IMG/VR virus record: IMGVR_UViG_3300013426_000020
Length of the DNA: 17,367 bases
Direction: 5' to 3' (one strand)
From: a virus
Taxonomy: Duplodnaviria; Heunggongvirae; Uroviricota; Caudoviricetes
Within the stretch, counting starts at the first letter, position 1, and every line of letters begins with the position of its first letter. Made by a program: the position numbers and the translations under genes. Positions 1-7,853 of this stretch are shown one piece after another. The notes beneath the pieces were generated by a model. The model had not been told where the DNA came from and searched no databases. It saw nothing but the letters and a program-made list of their open reading frames with translations.

Positions 1-1
1 T

Positions 2-187
2 TATCAGGATGCACTCATTGACAATAAGATCGAGAAAGCGGAACTTATGGCACAGTATAACCTTGACAGAAGAACTTGTCGTATGATAACAGGACAGCTT
101 GTGCTTCCTTCAACTCCTACGGTAACAGGTTATGGAAGTTATTTTCCTTGGACTTCTACATCAAGCACGACCACACCATCCGCATAA
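2..187 (+). CDS. 5'-truncated hypothetical protein, C-terminus of a conserved Bacteroidota-phage coiled-coil family (first gene of a 3-gene module)
   Basis: Frame 2 is open from the window start to TAA at 185-187: YQDALIDNKIEKAELMAQYNLDRRTCRMITGQLVLPSTPTVTGYGSYFPWTSTSSTTTPSA*. It is missing from the supplied ORF track. The YQD.LI...I / RRTCRMI.G..VLP.TPTVTG tail is recognised from memory. Confidence 0.8.
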   Translation, partial: YQDALIDNKIEKAELMAQYNLDRRTCRMITGQLVLPSTPTVTGYGSYFPWTSTSSTTTPSA

Positions 188-212
188 CATAAAATAATCA
201 TGAACGTCAGGT

Positions 213-659
213 ATGAATAATTTCTTTGTAAATCAGGATCCACTGCTTCCACAGTCACCGGTCCAGCAGATAAATCCATTGATGTATCAGCAGATACAGG
301 AACTCGGAATAAAGGATAACATAGGTGAACTTGACAAGACACTCAAATCATTGAGTCAGGCAGTATTGACAAAACTTACATCAAATGCAAAGTTCAATAA
401 ATTGAACAATGATTTTCAGGCGACTGTCCAGCAGGAACTTCTTTCTCTTGTGAGAGGGAGACTGAACACAAACCCGTCAGTGGTGGAAAATATAAAGGAG
501 CAGATGAAAATAATAGATGAAATCAAGAAGAGTGTTGAAACAGAGAAAGAAGAATCATTGAACGAAATGAATGACTATATGAAGAACTATTCACACCTGA
601 CGTTCGATGATTATAAGAAAATGAAGAGCGGGGAACCGTTGGATAGAAAGAAAAAATAA
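213..659 (+). CDS. Hypothetical helical protein (148 aa), second gene of the 3-gene module
   Basis: ATG...TAA. N-terminus MNNFFVNQDPLL with a Q/P-rich segment, coiled-coil-like middle, C-terminal YMKNYSHLTFDDYKKMK. Confidence 0.85.
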   Translation: MNNFFVNQDPLLPQSPVQQINPLMYQQIQELGIKDNIGELDKTLKSLSQAVLTKLTSNAKFNKLNNDFQATVQQELLSLVRGRLNTNPSVVENIKEQMKIIDEIKKSVETEKEESLNEMNDYMKNYSHLTFDDYKKMKSGEPLDRKKK

Positions 660-664
660 TTACT

Positions 665-1024
665 ATGAGAAAGGAAGAACTTCAATATAACATCACCAAG
701 TATGTGTACCAGCTCATAGATGAGATTATGCCAGAAAGAGGAATACTTGGAAAGATAGAGAACAGGACTGCAAAATACTGGGTAGACCAGAACCAGTGGA
801 GGCTGGATGACATGCTCACGGTTTTTACGGACAGAGACGGGTGTATAGATGGTCATCACCTTGCGGAATACTACAAAGACGCATTATTCGAAAACGGTGA
901 ACTCCGCCTGTCTCTTTCGGAACTGACTGGAAACAAATTCAAAGGAATAATCCCGGACAAGATTGTCCTGTTCAAGGAAGATGATCTATACAAACTGGTA
1001 GGCATAGACAAACAACAATTCTAA
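665..1024 (+). CDS. Hypothetical protein (119 aa), third gene of the 3-gene module
   Basis: ATG lies 5 nt after the previous stop. Contains FTDRDGCID and IPDKIVLFKEDDL motifs and is followed by a hairpin terminator. Confidence 0.85.
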   Translation: MRKEELQYNITKYVYQLIDEIMPERGILGKIENRTAKYWVDQNQWRLDDMLTVFTDRDGCIDGHHLAEYYKDALFENGELRLSLSELTGNKFKGIIPDKIVLFKEDDLYKLVGIDKQQF

Positions 1025-1030
1025 CTGAAA

Positions 1031-1054
1031 GAGGAGACCTTCTAAAGTCTCCTC
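1031..1054. terminator. Bidirectional intrinsic terminator
   Basis: GAGGAGAC-cttctaaa-GTCTCCTC, 8-bp stem between convergent stops at 1024 and 1060, with a T-run to the right and an A-run to the left. Confidence 0.75.
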
Positions 1055-1059
1055 CATTT

Positions 1060-3552
1060 TTATTTCACAATCTTCCATACATACCCATTGTCTGTCAATA
1101 CCTTGATGACATTTCCTTTTCTTATTGCATCCCGTAATTGTTCAATCCTTGATTTCTTTATAACCTTTCTTTGATATATAAGTTCATTATTGTCAGTCAT
1201 ATCATTTATTATGAACTTTCTGTTCAAATAGTTTTTATAAGGAAGAACAGACAAAAAATCATTTTGTTTATTTGTTATTTCATTTTCATATGGATTGCAT
1301 ATACCCCTATTGTTTCTGTCATATTCAAGAATTCTGTCAAATGGTATTGCGAAATCATTGCACTTAAAGTTTTCATAGTGAATTTTTCTGTCATATGATG
1401 AATAGTAGTCTTTGAACTTGAAATTATCCTTTTCCTGTAAAGGATTGAGTTCTATATGATATGCAGGTATTCCAAGGGAATGTGAAAATATAATCCCATG
1501 TAAACTTGATGATAATATGACTTCACATTCCTTTATCTGTCTGCAAACAGACAATACATCTGTAGTCTTCATAGAAATTATCTTATAATTACCATATCTT
1601 TCTCTTATGATGTCTTCATCTATGTAATGCGGAATTATTCCTATCTTATATTTCTTTGATATGTCTTTCAGGTCATATATCATTGACACCATAAGTCCTG
1701 GATCAACAAATTTTACATTTTCTGGATTTATGTCATTTTCATAAAGTCTATTCATTGAAAGTCGTCCCCTGACCGCAAGATATGAGTATGGGTTGTTATT
1801 TGTAGGAAGTTTGCTGTTTTGAAACCCACACCCTACAATATATTTTGAATTTTTCAACATAGGATGTGTCAGTATTGAACCACATAATGCAATGTCAGGA
1901 TCTTCATAGTCCTTTACTGATTTGTTCGCACAGTAATATAATTTGTCTATAAGTATTTTGTTGAAATAGTCTCCGGCATTTTCAAACTTTTTAGGTGAAT
2001 AAAAGAAATACTTCAATTCACATCCAGACTGATTGTATACCTTGATTTTTTCTTCTGTTTTTGTATTATATCTAAAAAAATCCCTGTCTATGTTCCTGTC
2101 ATAATTTCTTGCGGCGTCAGGTCTTCTCATCTTCTGACATATGAACTCACATATACTTTTTGTCATATAGTGGTTCAGTTTTACATATGTATAATCATAA
2201 TCATGTATATTAAGTGATTTCTCATATCCATAAAGTTTTTCTGTAATATTCTTCATATCACCAAAATACGTGATGAGTTCAGATCTTTTTCCATTTTTAT
2301 TTCTTATTGCAAAATGGACTGATATGAAATCTATATTATCAAGACCACCTTTTATTATTGACTTGGTGTATGTGTTCTTTCTTGTATTGAATGATGGTTT
2401 TGTAAAATCTTTGATTACACTTGAAGATATGTCCCTGTTGATAATTTCATTGTCTCCATAAATCTCCCAGTTCATCCTGTAACATTCAAGATCATCAGGA
2501 AACCTTTTTATGAAATCCTTTATGTTCTTGTCCTTCTGGAGCATGATGAACTCATCAATATCAATATAAATCAGGTAGTCATACTTGTTTCCATATTGTG
2601 CATATGCATTCTTATATGCAGAAATTTGATATTGTTCCTTGTCATATGCAGGTATGATGGTAACTCTGTCAAGATATTTCTCATATACTGCACCCATCAG
2701 TTTTTCCTCATATGAAGATGAATTATCATATACATAGATATGGTCTATTCCAATATTGAGATGATGTCCTATCCACTCATTTATATAGTCATTTTCAAGT
2801 CTTGATATTGCTACTATAGCAACAGATTTTTCATTTTTCCAGAAACCGAAAGAATCGTTTATATTTTCAGATGATATTTTTTCAAATTCCTTTTGCATAA
2901 CCATATCATATTTCTTGCCTATAAGGTGTATCTTGTTTTCAGTCATACTGTTGTCAAGATTGAGATTATATTTTTCAAGAAGTTCAAAGACATCATATTT
3001 TGAACACGGAACATTTTTATATCCATTCAGCCAGAGAAGATGAAGATATGTCCTGTCATCATTATATGTCTTTATAATATTTTCCGTCAGTATTTTCTCC
3101 CAGTTCTTTAACATTTTCTTTGTGAACAATGACATTGCAGACACTACCTTCATTTCTCCATTGAAACCTATGCTTGTTTTCGGATTTGATGTTATGCAGT
3201 ATCTGCAACTGTATTTTTTGAAGTCATTTACTCTGTTCTCGATAAAGTCTTTTGGAAAGAGAATGTCATCATCTGCATCTATTATGATATCATCATCTGA
3301 AAGATATTTCAATATGGGAAATACCTTCTTCATTGGTTTCGTGTTCTCCCCATTGACCCAGTTTATGGCAAGTCTTTCATCTGCATCAAAATATTTTACA
3401 AGTTCATCTGGAAGACTTATACCTTCAAATTCTGTTATGCTTAAATTAAGATATACTTTATCAGGTTGCAAAGTATTGTTCATAATACTTTCTATAACCT
3501 TCTTTACATATTTTATCCTTTTTGTCCAGGATGTAAGAGAGACTATAATCAT
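1060..3552 (-). CDS. Triple-domain glycan-modifying enzyme: GT-A (GT2-like) + GT92/Glyco_tranf_2_4-like + polysaccharide pyruvyltransferase (830 aa)
   Basis: Domain 1 (aa ~1-235): IVSLTSW..RI, KPMKK.FP, DADDDILFP. Domain 2 (aa ~244-505): VAIVAISRLENDYINEWIGHHLNIGIDHIYVYDN, YIDIDEF, LNHYMTKS. Domain 3 (aa ~520-790): NAGD, GSIL, VRG.LS, DPGL, IGIIPHY, ILSSSLHGIIFSHSLGIP. Confidence 0.85.
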   Translation of the reverse strand: MIIVSLTSWTKRIKYVKKVIESIMNNTLQPDKVYLNLSITEFEGISLPDELVKYFDADERLAINWVNGENTKPMKKVFPILKYLSDDDIIIDADDDILFPKDFIENRVNDFKKYSCRYCITSNPKTSIGFNGEMKVVSAMSLFTKKMLKNWEKILTENIIKTYNDDRTYLHLLWLNGYKNVPCSKYDVFELLEKYNLNLDNSMTENKIHLIGKKYDMVMQKEFEKISSENINDSFGFWKNEKSVAIVAISRLENDYINEWIGHHLNIGIDHIYVYDNSSSYEEKLMGAVYEKYLDRVTIIPAYDKEQYQISAYKNAYAQYGNKYDYLIYIDIDEFIMLQKDKNIKDFIKRFPDDLECYRMNWEIYGDNEIINRDISSSVIKDFTKPSFNTRKNTYTKSIIKGGLDNIDFISVHFAIRNKNGKRSELITYFGDMKNITEKLYGYEKSLNIHDYDYTYVKLNHYMTKSICEFICQKMRRPDAARNYDRNIDRDFFRYNTKTEEKIKVYNQSGCELKYFFYSPKKFENAGDYFNKILIDKLYYCANKSVKDYEDPDIALCGSILTHPMLKNSKYIVGCGFQNSKLPTNNNPYSYLAVRGRLSMNRLYENDINPENVKFVDPGLMVSMIYDLKDISKKYKIGIIPHYIDEDIIRERYGNYKIISMKTTDVLSVCRQIKECEVILSSSLHGIIFSHSLGIPAYHIELNPLQEKDNFKFKDYYSSYDRKIHYENFKCNDFAIPFDRILEYDRNNRGICNPYENEITNKQNDFLSVLPYKNYLNRKFIINDMTDNNELIYQRKVIKKSRIEQLRDAIRKGNVIKVLTDNGYVWKIVK

Positions 3553-3571
3553 AATAAAATGGTTTACATTT

Positions 3572-3579
3572 TATTTATG
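3572..3579 (-). promoter_or_regulatory. CATAAATA late-promoter-like box upstream of the glycosyltransferase
   Basis: The + strand reads tatttatg, about 20 nt upstream of the ATG at 3552. The same octamer recurs upstream of other starts. Confidence 0.6.
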
Positions 3580-3667
3580 GATTTTATACAACTATTTGTA
3601 TGTCTTTTTGTTATTTTTATTTTATGTGTGTTCAAGTATTATAATAATATATGCAAAGTTTTTTGAT

Positions 3668-4192
3668 ATGAATAATGATGAAGAACCTGGAGGTATAACT
3701 TTTCTTGAATTTATGGGAAACAATTATGACTATGAAAAGAAGAAACTGAAGAACATCTGCAGGAAATTCAACACCATCTTATTTGACGAAGATATATTTC
3801 ATGACACAATCATCAAGGTAAATGATATCATAGACTGTCATCATTATTCAAAGGATGTTTATGAGAAATATATGTGTACATCCTTCAGAACAAATCTCAT
3901 AAGGGAGAAACTTTATCATAGAAATTCAATGACTGAACATACATTTGACTTCAAGGGAATTGAACCATTCACTTATTCATATGTTGACTCTATGATAGAC
4001 TTTGATATGGTCATCAATACATTGAACAGAAAGTTTGGTGAAAAACTCACTTTGTTTTATATTGACTGGTTATCTGGATATGATATCAATGATGCAATGA
4101 GAAAGCATGATATCCATTCCGGATATTATTATATAAAGAAGATAACTTCCTTCATAAGGGGTTATAATAAGGATGGTAAGATTATATATTGA
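3668..4192 (+). CDS. ECF-like (sigma-70 family) RNA polymerase sigma factor (174 aa)
   Basis: Start re-called to ATG 3668, because the supplied 3122 start overlaps the GT gene. Region-2-like DEDIFHDTIIKV...YMCTSFRTNLIRE and a C-terminal HTH-like FYIDWLSGYDINDAMRKHDIHSGYYYIKKI. The size fits an ECF sigma. Confidence 0.6.
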   Translation: MNNDEEPGGITFLEFMGNNYDYEKKKLKNICRKFNTILFDEDIFHDTIIKVNDIIDCHHYSKDVYEKYMCTSFRTNLIREKLYHRNSMTEHTFDFKGIEPFTYSYVDSMIDFDMVINTLNRKFGEKLTLFYIDWLSGYDINDAMRKHDIHSGYYYIKKITSFIRGYNKDGKIIY

Positions 4193-4222
4193 AAAAAGGT
4201 CAGGAAAATTCCTGACCTTTTT
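4193..4222. terminator. Bidirectional intrinsic terminator
   Basis: AAAAAGGTCAGGAA-aa-TTCCTGACCTTTTT, a perfect 14-bp inverted repeat between convergent stops at 4192 and 4224. Confidence 0.85.
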
Positions 4223-4223
4223 C

Positions 4224-4592
4224 TTATTTCTTCAAGTTCAATGTATGTTCATCCACATCAAAATCTGTTGTTGAACCCACTATCTTCCACCCCAGTTCCG
4301 TTTCAGTTAATTTTGCCTTATCATCAGTAGACATACCTATCATTGTGAGTTTTGTCTTGAATTTGTCTGGATCTTCAAGTTGCCATATGGATGTTCCCAC
4401 TGTAACCATAAGTCCCTTCTTCAAACCGAACACCCTTCCATATTTATCATGATTCCAATTGTCAAGAGTTACAAGACTTGTCTTATCATCAAACATCATT
4501 TGAGGATCAAATGCGAGGTCTTTCAGTTTTTCAACAAGATTGTCATGATATTTCTTCAGCCCTTCAAAATCTAAATATTTTTTGTTGTCCAT
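4224..4592 (-). CDS. Small virion fibre-associated protein (122 aa)
   Basis: Start re-called to ATG 4592 (MDNKKYLDFEGLKKYHDNL). The YLD..GL N-terminal motif is typical of phage fibre/decoration proteins, and it shares a ...GWKIVG domain with the upstream gene. Confidence 0.7.
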   Translation of the reverse strand: MDNKKYLDFEGLKKYHDNLVEKLKDLAFDPQMMFDDKTSLVTLDNWNHDKYGRVFGLKKGLMVTVGTSIWQLEDPDKFKTKLTMIGMSTDDKAKLTETELGWKIVGSTTDFDVDEHTLNLKK

Positions 4593-4613
4593 TCTGTTTA
4601 TTCTCAAATTTTA

Positions 4614-5753
4614 TTATATATTATCAAAGAGACTGTCAATCTCGTCATCTGAAATTGTTTCAGGAATGTCTGCTTCAGTCAAGATTTTGACCTGTGTTCC
4701 ATTGGCATACGCATAAATTACAGGCAATATGTTTGATGTATAAATATCAACATCCTCATATGTGCTTCCTGTTGAACCAAACTTCAATTCTGATCCACCA
4801 GTTGATCTTGTCTCCGTAAGACCTGTAAGTTTCAATGCCTTTGCAAACCTGATAAGTCCTTCTTTCGGAAGAGTCAATACATCATCTGTCATAGTGTGTT
4901 CCACATCTGATGTATCTACATATTTTACATCATCTTTTGCGATGCCGAGTGTATCATCCTTGATGCAGAGTTCTATCCAGTTTCCAGATGCGTGTGTCTT
5001 TGAATAAAGTTTGATATAAGATTCTCCACCATTTGAGAGAATTATATAATCTTCACCAGAAAGACTTCCACCATTGTCATCATATGAATTGAGACCCCTA
5101 CTTGTATAATATGTATTCGCAGCAAGTTCCGTTACAGAATTTGCATATGTCTCCACAACTGATGCTGATGCATCATTTTTGTTTATTGAGATACCATCTC
5201 CCGATGATGGAATTGTTCCGTCTGTGGTTATTACAGACTCAACATTTCCTGAACCTGCACTTGCACCAGATACAATTTTCATCCAGTTTGCATTGTCTCC
5301 GGATACGACATACACATAAAGTCCACTTTCATTTTCAGATGTATCCGGATTATCCTTCACAACCGCAAACTGTCCTTCATAAGGTGAATCTATTGTTGAA
5401 AGATCATCTGCCGAACTCAATACCTTTGCACCAAGCTGTGATTTGTAGTATTCTATATAATCTTCCGGTTTGAATTCAGATCCACCTACTTTCTTCCAGC
5501 CAATATTTTGTCTATATTTCTCTTCATTGTCTCTTGAACCCGGTTTCTTTGTCAGTATATAGATTTCCTGTGTATCCAGAGTGATAACAGACATACCTAT
5601 ATACATTGATGATAAACCAAATGTTGATTTTACAAACAAGTCATCATATGTATCAACCACTGTTCTTACATCATAAGGAGCAGCAATTGTGATGTTTCTT
5701 GCACTGGTTATATTTGCAGTTCCAGATGCTGCACTAATATATGTTTTTGCCAT
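4614..5753 (-). CDS. Putative head/tail fibre or decoration protein (379 aa)
   Basis: APYDVRTVVDTYDDL...YIGMSV...IYIL...GWKKVGG module, a second copy (SADDL...YEGQFAVV...LYVY...WMKI), an S/T/G-rich beta region, and C-terminal ISDDEIDSLF. Confidence 0.65.
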   Translation of the reverse strand: MAKTYISAASGTANITSARNITIAAPYDVRTVVDTYDDLFVKSTFGLSSMYIGMSVITLDTQEIYILTKKPGSRDNEEKYRQNIGWKKVGGSEFKPEDYIEYYKSQLGAKVLSSADDLSTIDSPYEGQFAVVKDNPDTSENESGLYVYVVSGDNANWMKIVSGASAGSGNVESVITTDGTIPSSGDGISINKNDASASVVETYANSVTELAANTYYTSRGLNSYDDNGGSLSGEDYIILSNGGESYIKLYSKTHASGNWIELCIKDDTLGIAKDDVKYVDTSDVEHTMTDDVLTLPKEGLIRFAKALKLTGLTETRSTGGSELKFGSTGSTYEDVDIYTSNILPVIYAYANGTQVKILTEADIPETISDDEIDSLFDNI

Positions 5754-5772
5754 TTCTTATTTTCTATAATTA

Positions 5773-5781
5773 TATTTTATG
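5773..5781 (-). promoter_or_regulatory. Variant late box CATAAAATA overlapping the collagen gene stop
   Basis: One extra A relative to the consensus, about 20 nt upstream of ATG 5753 and followed by AATAAGAAATG. Confidence 0.35.
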
Positions 5782-7807
5782 ATTTCTTTACAACTTCATA
5801 TATTACAGGGTTATTTGAAACCTTTATAGATTCATATCCATCTGCAACAAATGTCCCACCAAGCTTATCATCTCCTGTGGATGGGTCATAGTTTATAAAC
5901 TTTCCTCCATATACTATGATATTACTCTTGTCCCCTGTATTCTGGATATTCAAACATACAGGTCTTGTGGTGTTCTTGTTCTCAAATGTTCCTCCATATA
6001 TTTCAATGGTTGAACCAGCATTTCCATATATACAGTCATACCATCCCGTTTCTGTTCCAGTATATTCACCTACTTTGAAATTACCACCTTTGATGATTAC
6101 CTTTGAATCTGTACCCTTTGCCCAAATGACATTTCTTTCGGTATAATCACCACTTCCTCCATCAATTGTTCCAGTTCCATCAATTGTCAATGTTCCGTTT
6201 GTAATCTTGATAGTTGAACATGTTGCATCATCTGTTCCTCCAGAATGTGTCAGTGTTTTTCCTCCCAGATTGAGAGTTACACTCTTTCCATCTGTAAGAG
6301 CAAGAGGTTCTGTAATTTCGGTATTATCTACAAGTGTGATTGTTCCACCATTTGAAAACACATCCTTGATATCCTTCTTTTTCAATACAACTTTCCATCT
6401 TGCAGTAGAAACAATGACATCAACATCATAGTATCTATGTGTAGGATCATCTATAGAAGAGTTTCTTATATAACGTATATAACTGTCATATGTTTTATCT
6501 CCATATTTCTTTTGTGAATATCTTGGATTTGCTTCAACTGGAAATACTTCTTTGAAATATGCCTTGGTATCATCATCCCACATATGAAGTTCTACTGTAT
6601 ATCCATCAGGGACATCTATAGAAAATAACTGACTATATGATGTGGTTCCATCAGTTGAATCATCTGATAAATATCCTACGATTTCATCATCTGATATGAT
6701 TTCTATACCCTTGTCTTCATCAAGAGCATCGGCATCTATTTCAAAACAGTTCATTGTATATATAGGAGTAGGTACAGTCTGGTCATCTACATATCTGCTT
6801 CCACTTATATATACATAGTCTTTTATATCTGTCGTTATCTCACTACTTTTTTTTTTCAAAACCTCATCAATATATGCGACAACTTTATCAACAGTGGCAA
6901 GTCCTGCTGTAGCATCATCATTTACATTTCCGGAATCATCAATTGTAGGGAATGTACCTTCATTCAAGTTATCTGGAATTGAATCAAGTTTCTCAAGTTT
7001 TGCCTTGTCCTCATCAGTCAAACCTGCACCATCCTTACCATCTGCACCTTTTTCTCCTTGTGGTCCTTGTGGTCCCTGTGGTCCCTGTTCTCCTTGAATA
7101 CCTTGTGGTCCCTGTTCTCCAGTGTCACCTTTTTCACCTTTTTCTCCCTGAATACCTTGTGCACCATCTTTTCCATCAGCTCCTTTTTCTCCAGGAAGAC
7201 CTTGCAGTCCTTGTTCACCTTTTTCACCTTGTGGTCCCTGTGGTCCCATCTCTCCTGTATCACCCTTGTCTCCTTTTGCACCATCAACACCATTCTTTAC
7301 AGAAAGTGATGAACCATCAGACAATACAAGAGTATATCCTGTCTCCACAGTCTCCACATTTGTGATAGACTTCACCTCAGCAAACTTGTTGTCAACATAT
7401 TCCATACTTGCCTTGTCAGTTATGGTTGATGCTGCTTCCTGTGCCTTACTTGCAGCATCATTTGCTTTTGTTGCCGCATCGTCCGCTTTCTTTGCTGCAT
7501 CATTCACCTTACCTTCAAGTGCATCAATCTTATCTGGATCAAGTTTTGCAATATCTTCCTTGATTTTTTCAAGTTCCTTTGTCAGTTCATCGGATGAACC
7601 ACCATTGAGTATATTCAATTGATATCTCTTTCCATTCCAGTCATAAAAGAACTTGTTTGTATCAGTAGTATGGTAAAATCTGTCCTTTGCAGGAGTTTTA
7701 GGTAAATCAGACTCCTTGCAGGAATTCATATTGAGAATTTCTGAACTCACCTTACTTACCGGATCATTATACCTGTTCTCAAAATTATAGTTATAATTCT
7801 TATCCAT
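5777..7807 (-). CDS. Collagen-like tail/head fibre protein with C-terminal beta-helix-like domain (676 aa)
   Basis: N-terminal DLPKTP..DRFYHTTDT.KFFYD fibre module, Ala-rich coiled coil, 30 Gly-X-Y triplets, an acidic middle domain, and C-terminal GG.F repeats (TLTIDGTGTIDGG, VIIKGGNF, IEIYGGTF, IIVYGGKF.NYDP). Confidence 0.85.
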   Translation of the reverse strand: MDKNYNYNFENRYNDPVSKVSSEILNMNSCKESDLPKTPAKDRFYHTTDTNKFFYDWNGKRYQLNILNGGSSDELTKELEKIKEDIAKLDPDKIDALEGKVNDAAKKADDAATKANDAASKAQEAASTITDKASMEYVDNKFAEVKSITNVETVETGYTLVLSDGSSLSVKNGVDGAKGDKGDTGEMGPQGPQGEKGEQGLQGLPGEKGADGKDGAQGIQGEKGEKGDTGEQGPQGIQGEQGPQGPQGPQGEKGADGKDGAGLTDEDKAKLEKLDSIPDNLNEGTFPTIDDSGNVNDDATAGLATVDKVVAYIDEVLKKKSSEITTDIKDYVYISGSRYVDDQTVPTPIYTMNCFEIDADALDEDKGIEIISDDEIVGYLSDDSTDGTTSYSQLFSIDVPDGYTVELHMWDDDTKAYFKEVFPVEANPRYSQKKYGDKTYDSYIRYIRNSSIDDPTHRYYDVDVIVSTARWKVVLKKKDIKDVFSNGGTITLVDNTEITEPLALTDGKSVTLNLGGKTLTHSGGTDDATCSTIKITNGTLTIDGTGTIDGGSGDYTERNVIWAKGTDSKVIIKGGNFKVGEYTGTETGWYDCIYGNAGSTIEIYGGTFENKNTTRPVCLNIQNTGDKSNIIVYGGKFINYDPSTGDDKLGGTFVADGYESIKVSNNPVIYEVVKKS
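7022..7291 (-). repeat. Collagen Gly-X-Y repeat, 30 uninterrupted triplets
   Basis: GVD GAK GDK GDT GEM GPQ ... GAD GKD GAG, 270 nt with 9-nt periodicity. Confidence 0.95.
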
Positions 7808-7838
7808 ATTTGTTGATTTATTTCTTATTTTCTTATTA

Positions 7839-7846
7839 TATTTATG
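7839..7846 (-). promoter_or_regulatory. CATAAATA late-promoter-like box upstream of the collagen fibre gene
   Basis: tatttatg on +, about 31 nt before ATG 7807 and followed by TAATAAGAAA. Confidence 0.6.
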
Positions 7847-7853
7847 ACTTCAA

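Noticed and set aside
3122-3667. N-terminal 182-aa extension of the supplied 356-aa ORF
   Set aside because: It is antisense to the GT gene and crosses the AT-rich promoter gap. The hydrophobic FILF-rich text is a translation of T-rich intergenic DNA. The real start is ATG 3668.
4739-4746. TATAAATA on + inside the 379-aa gene
   Set aside because: It is intragenic and antisense with no start downstream, and one such hit is expected by chance in AT-rich DNA.
6894-7622. Repetitive shadow ORFs (WSLWSL, PCGPCGP, RDHRDH)
   Set aside because: These are other-frame and antisense readings of the collagen Gly-X-Y repeat.
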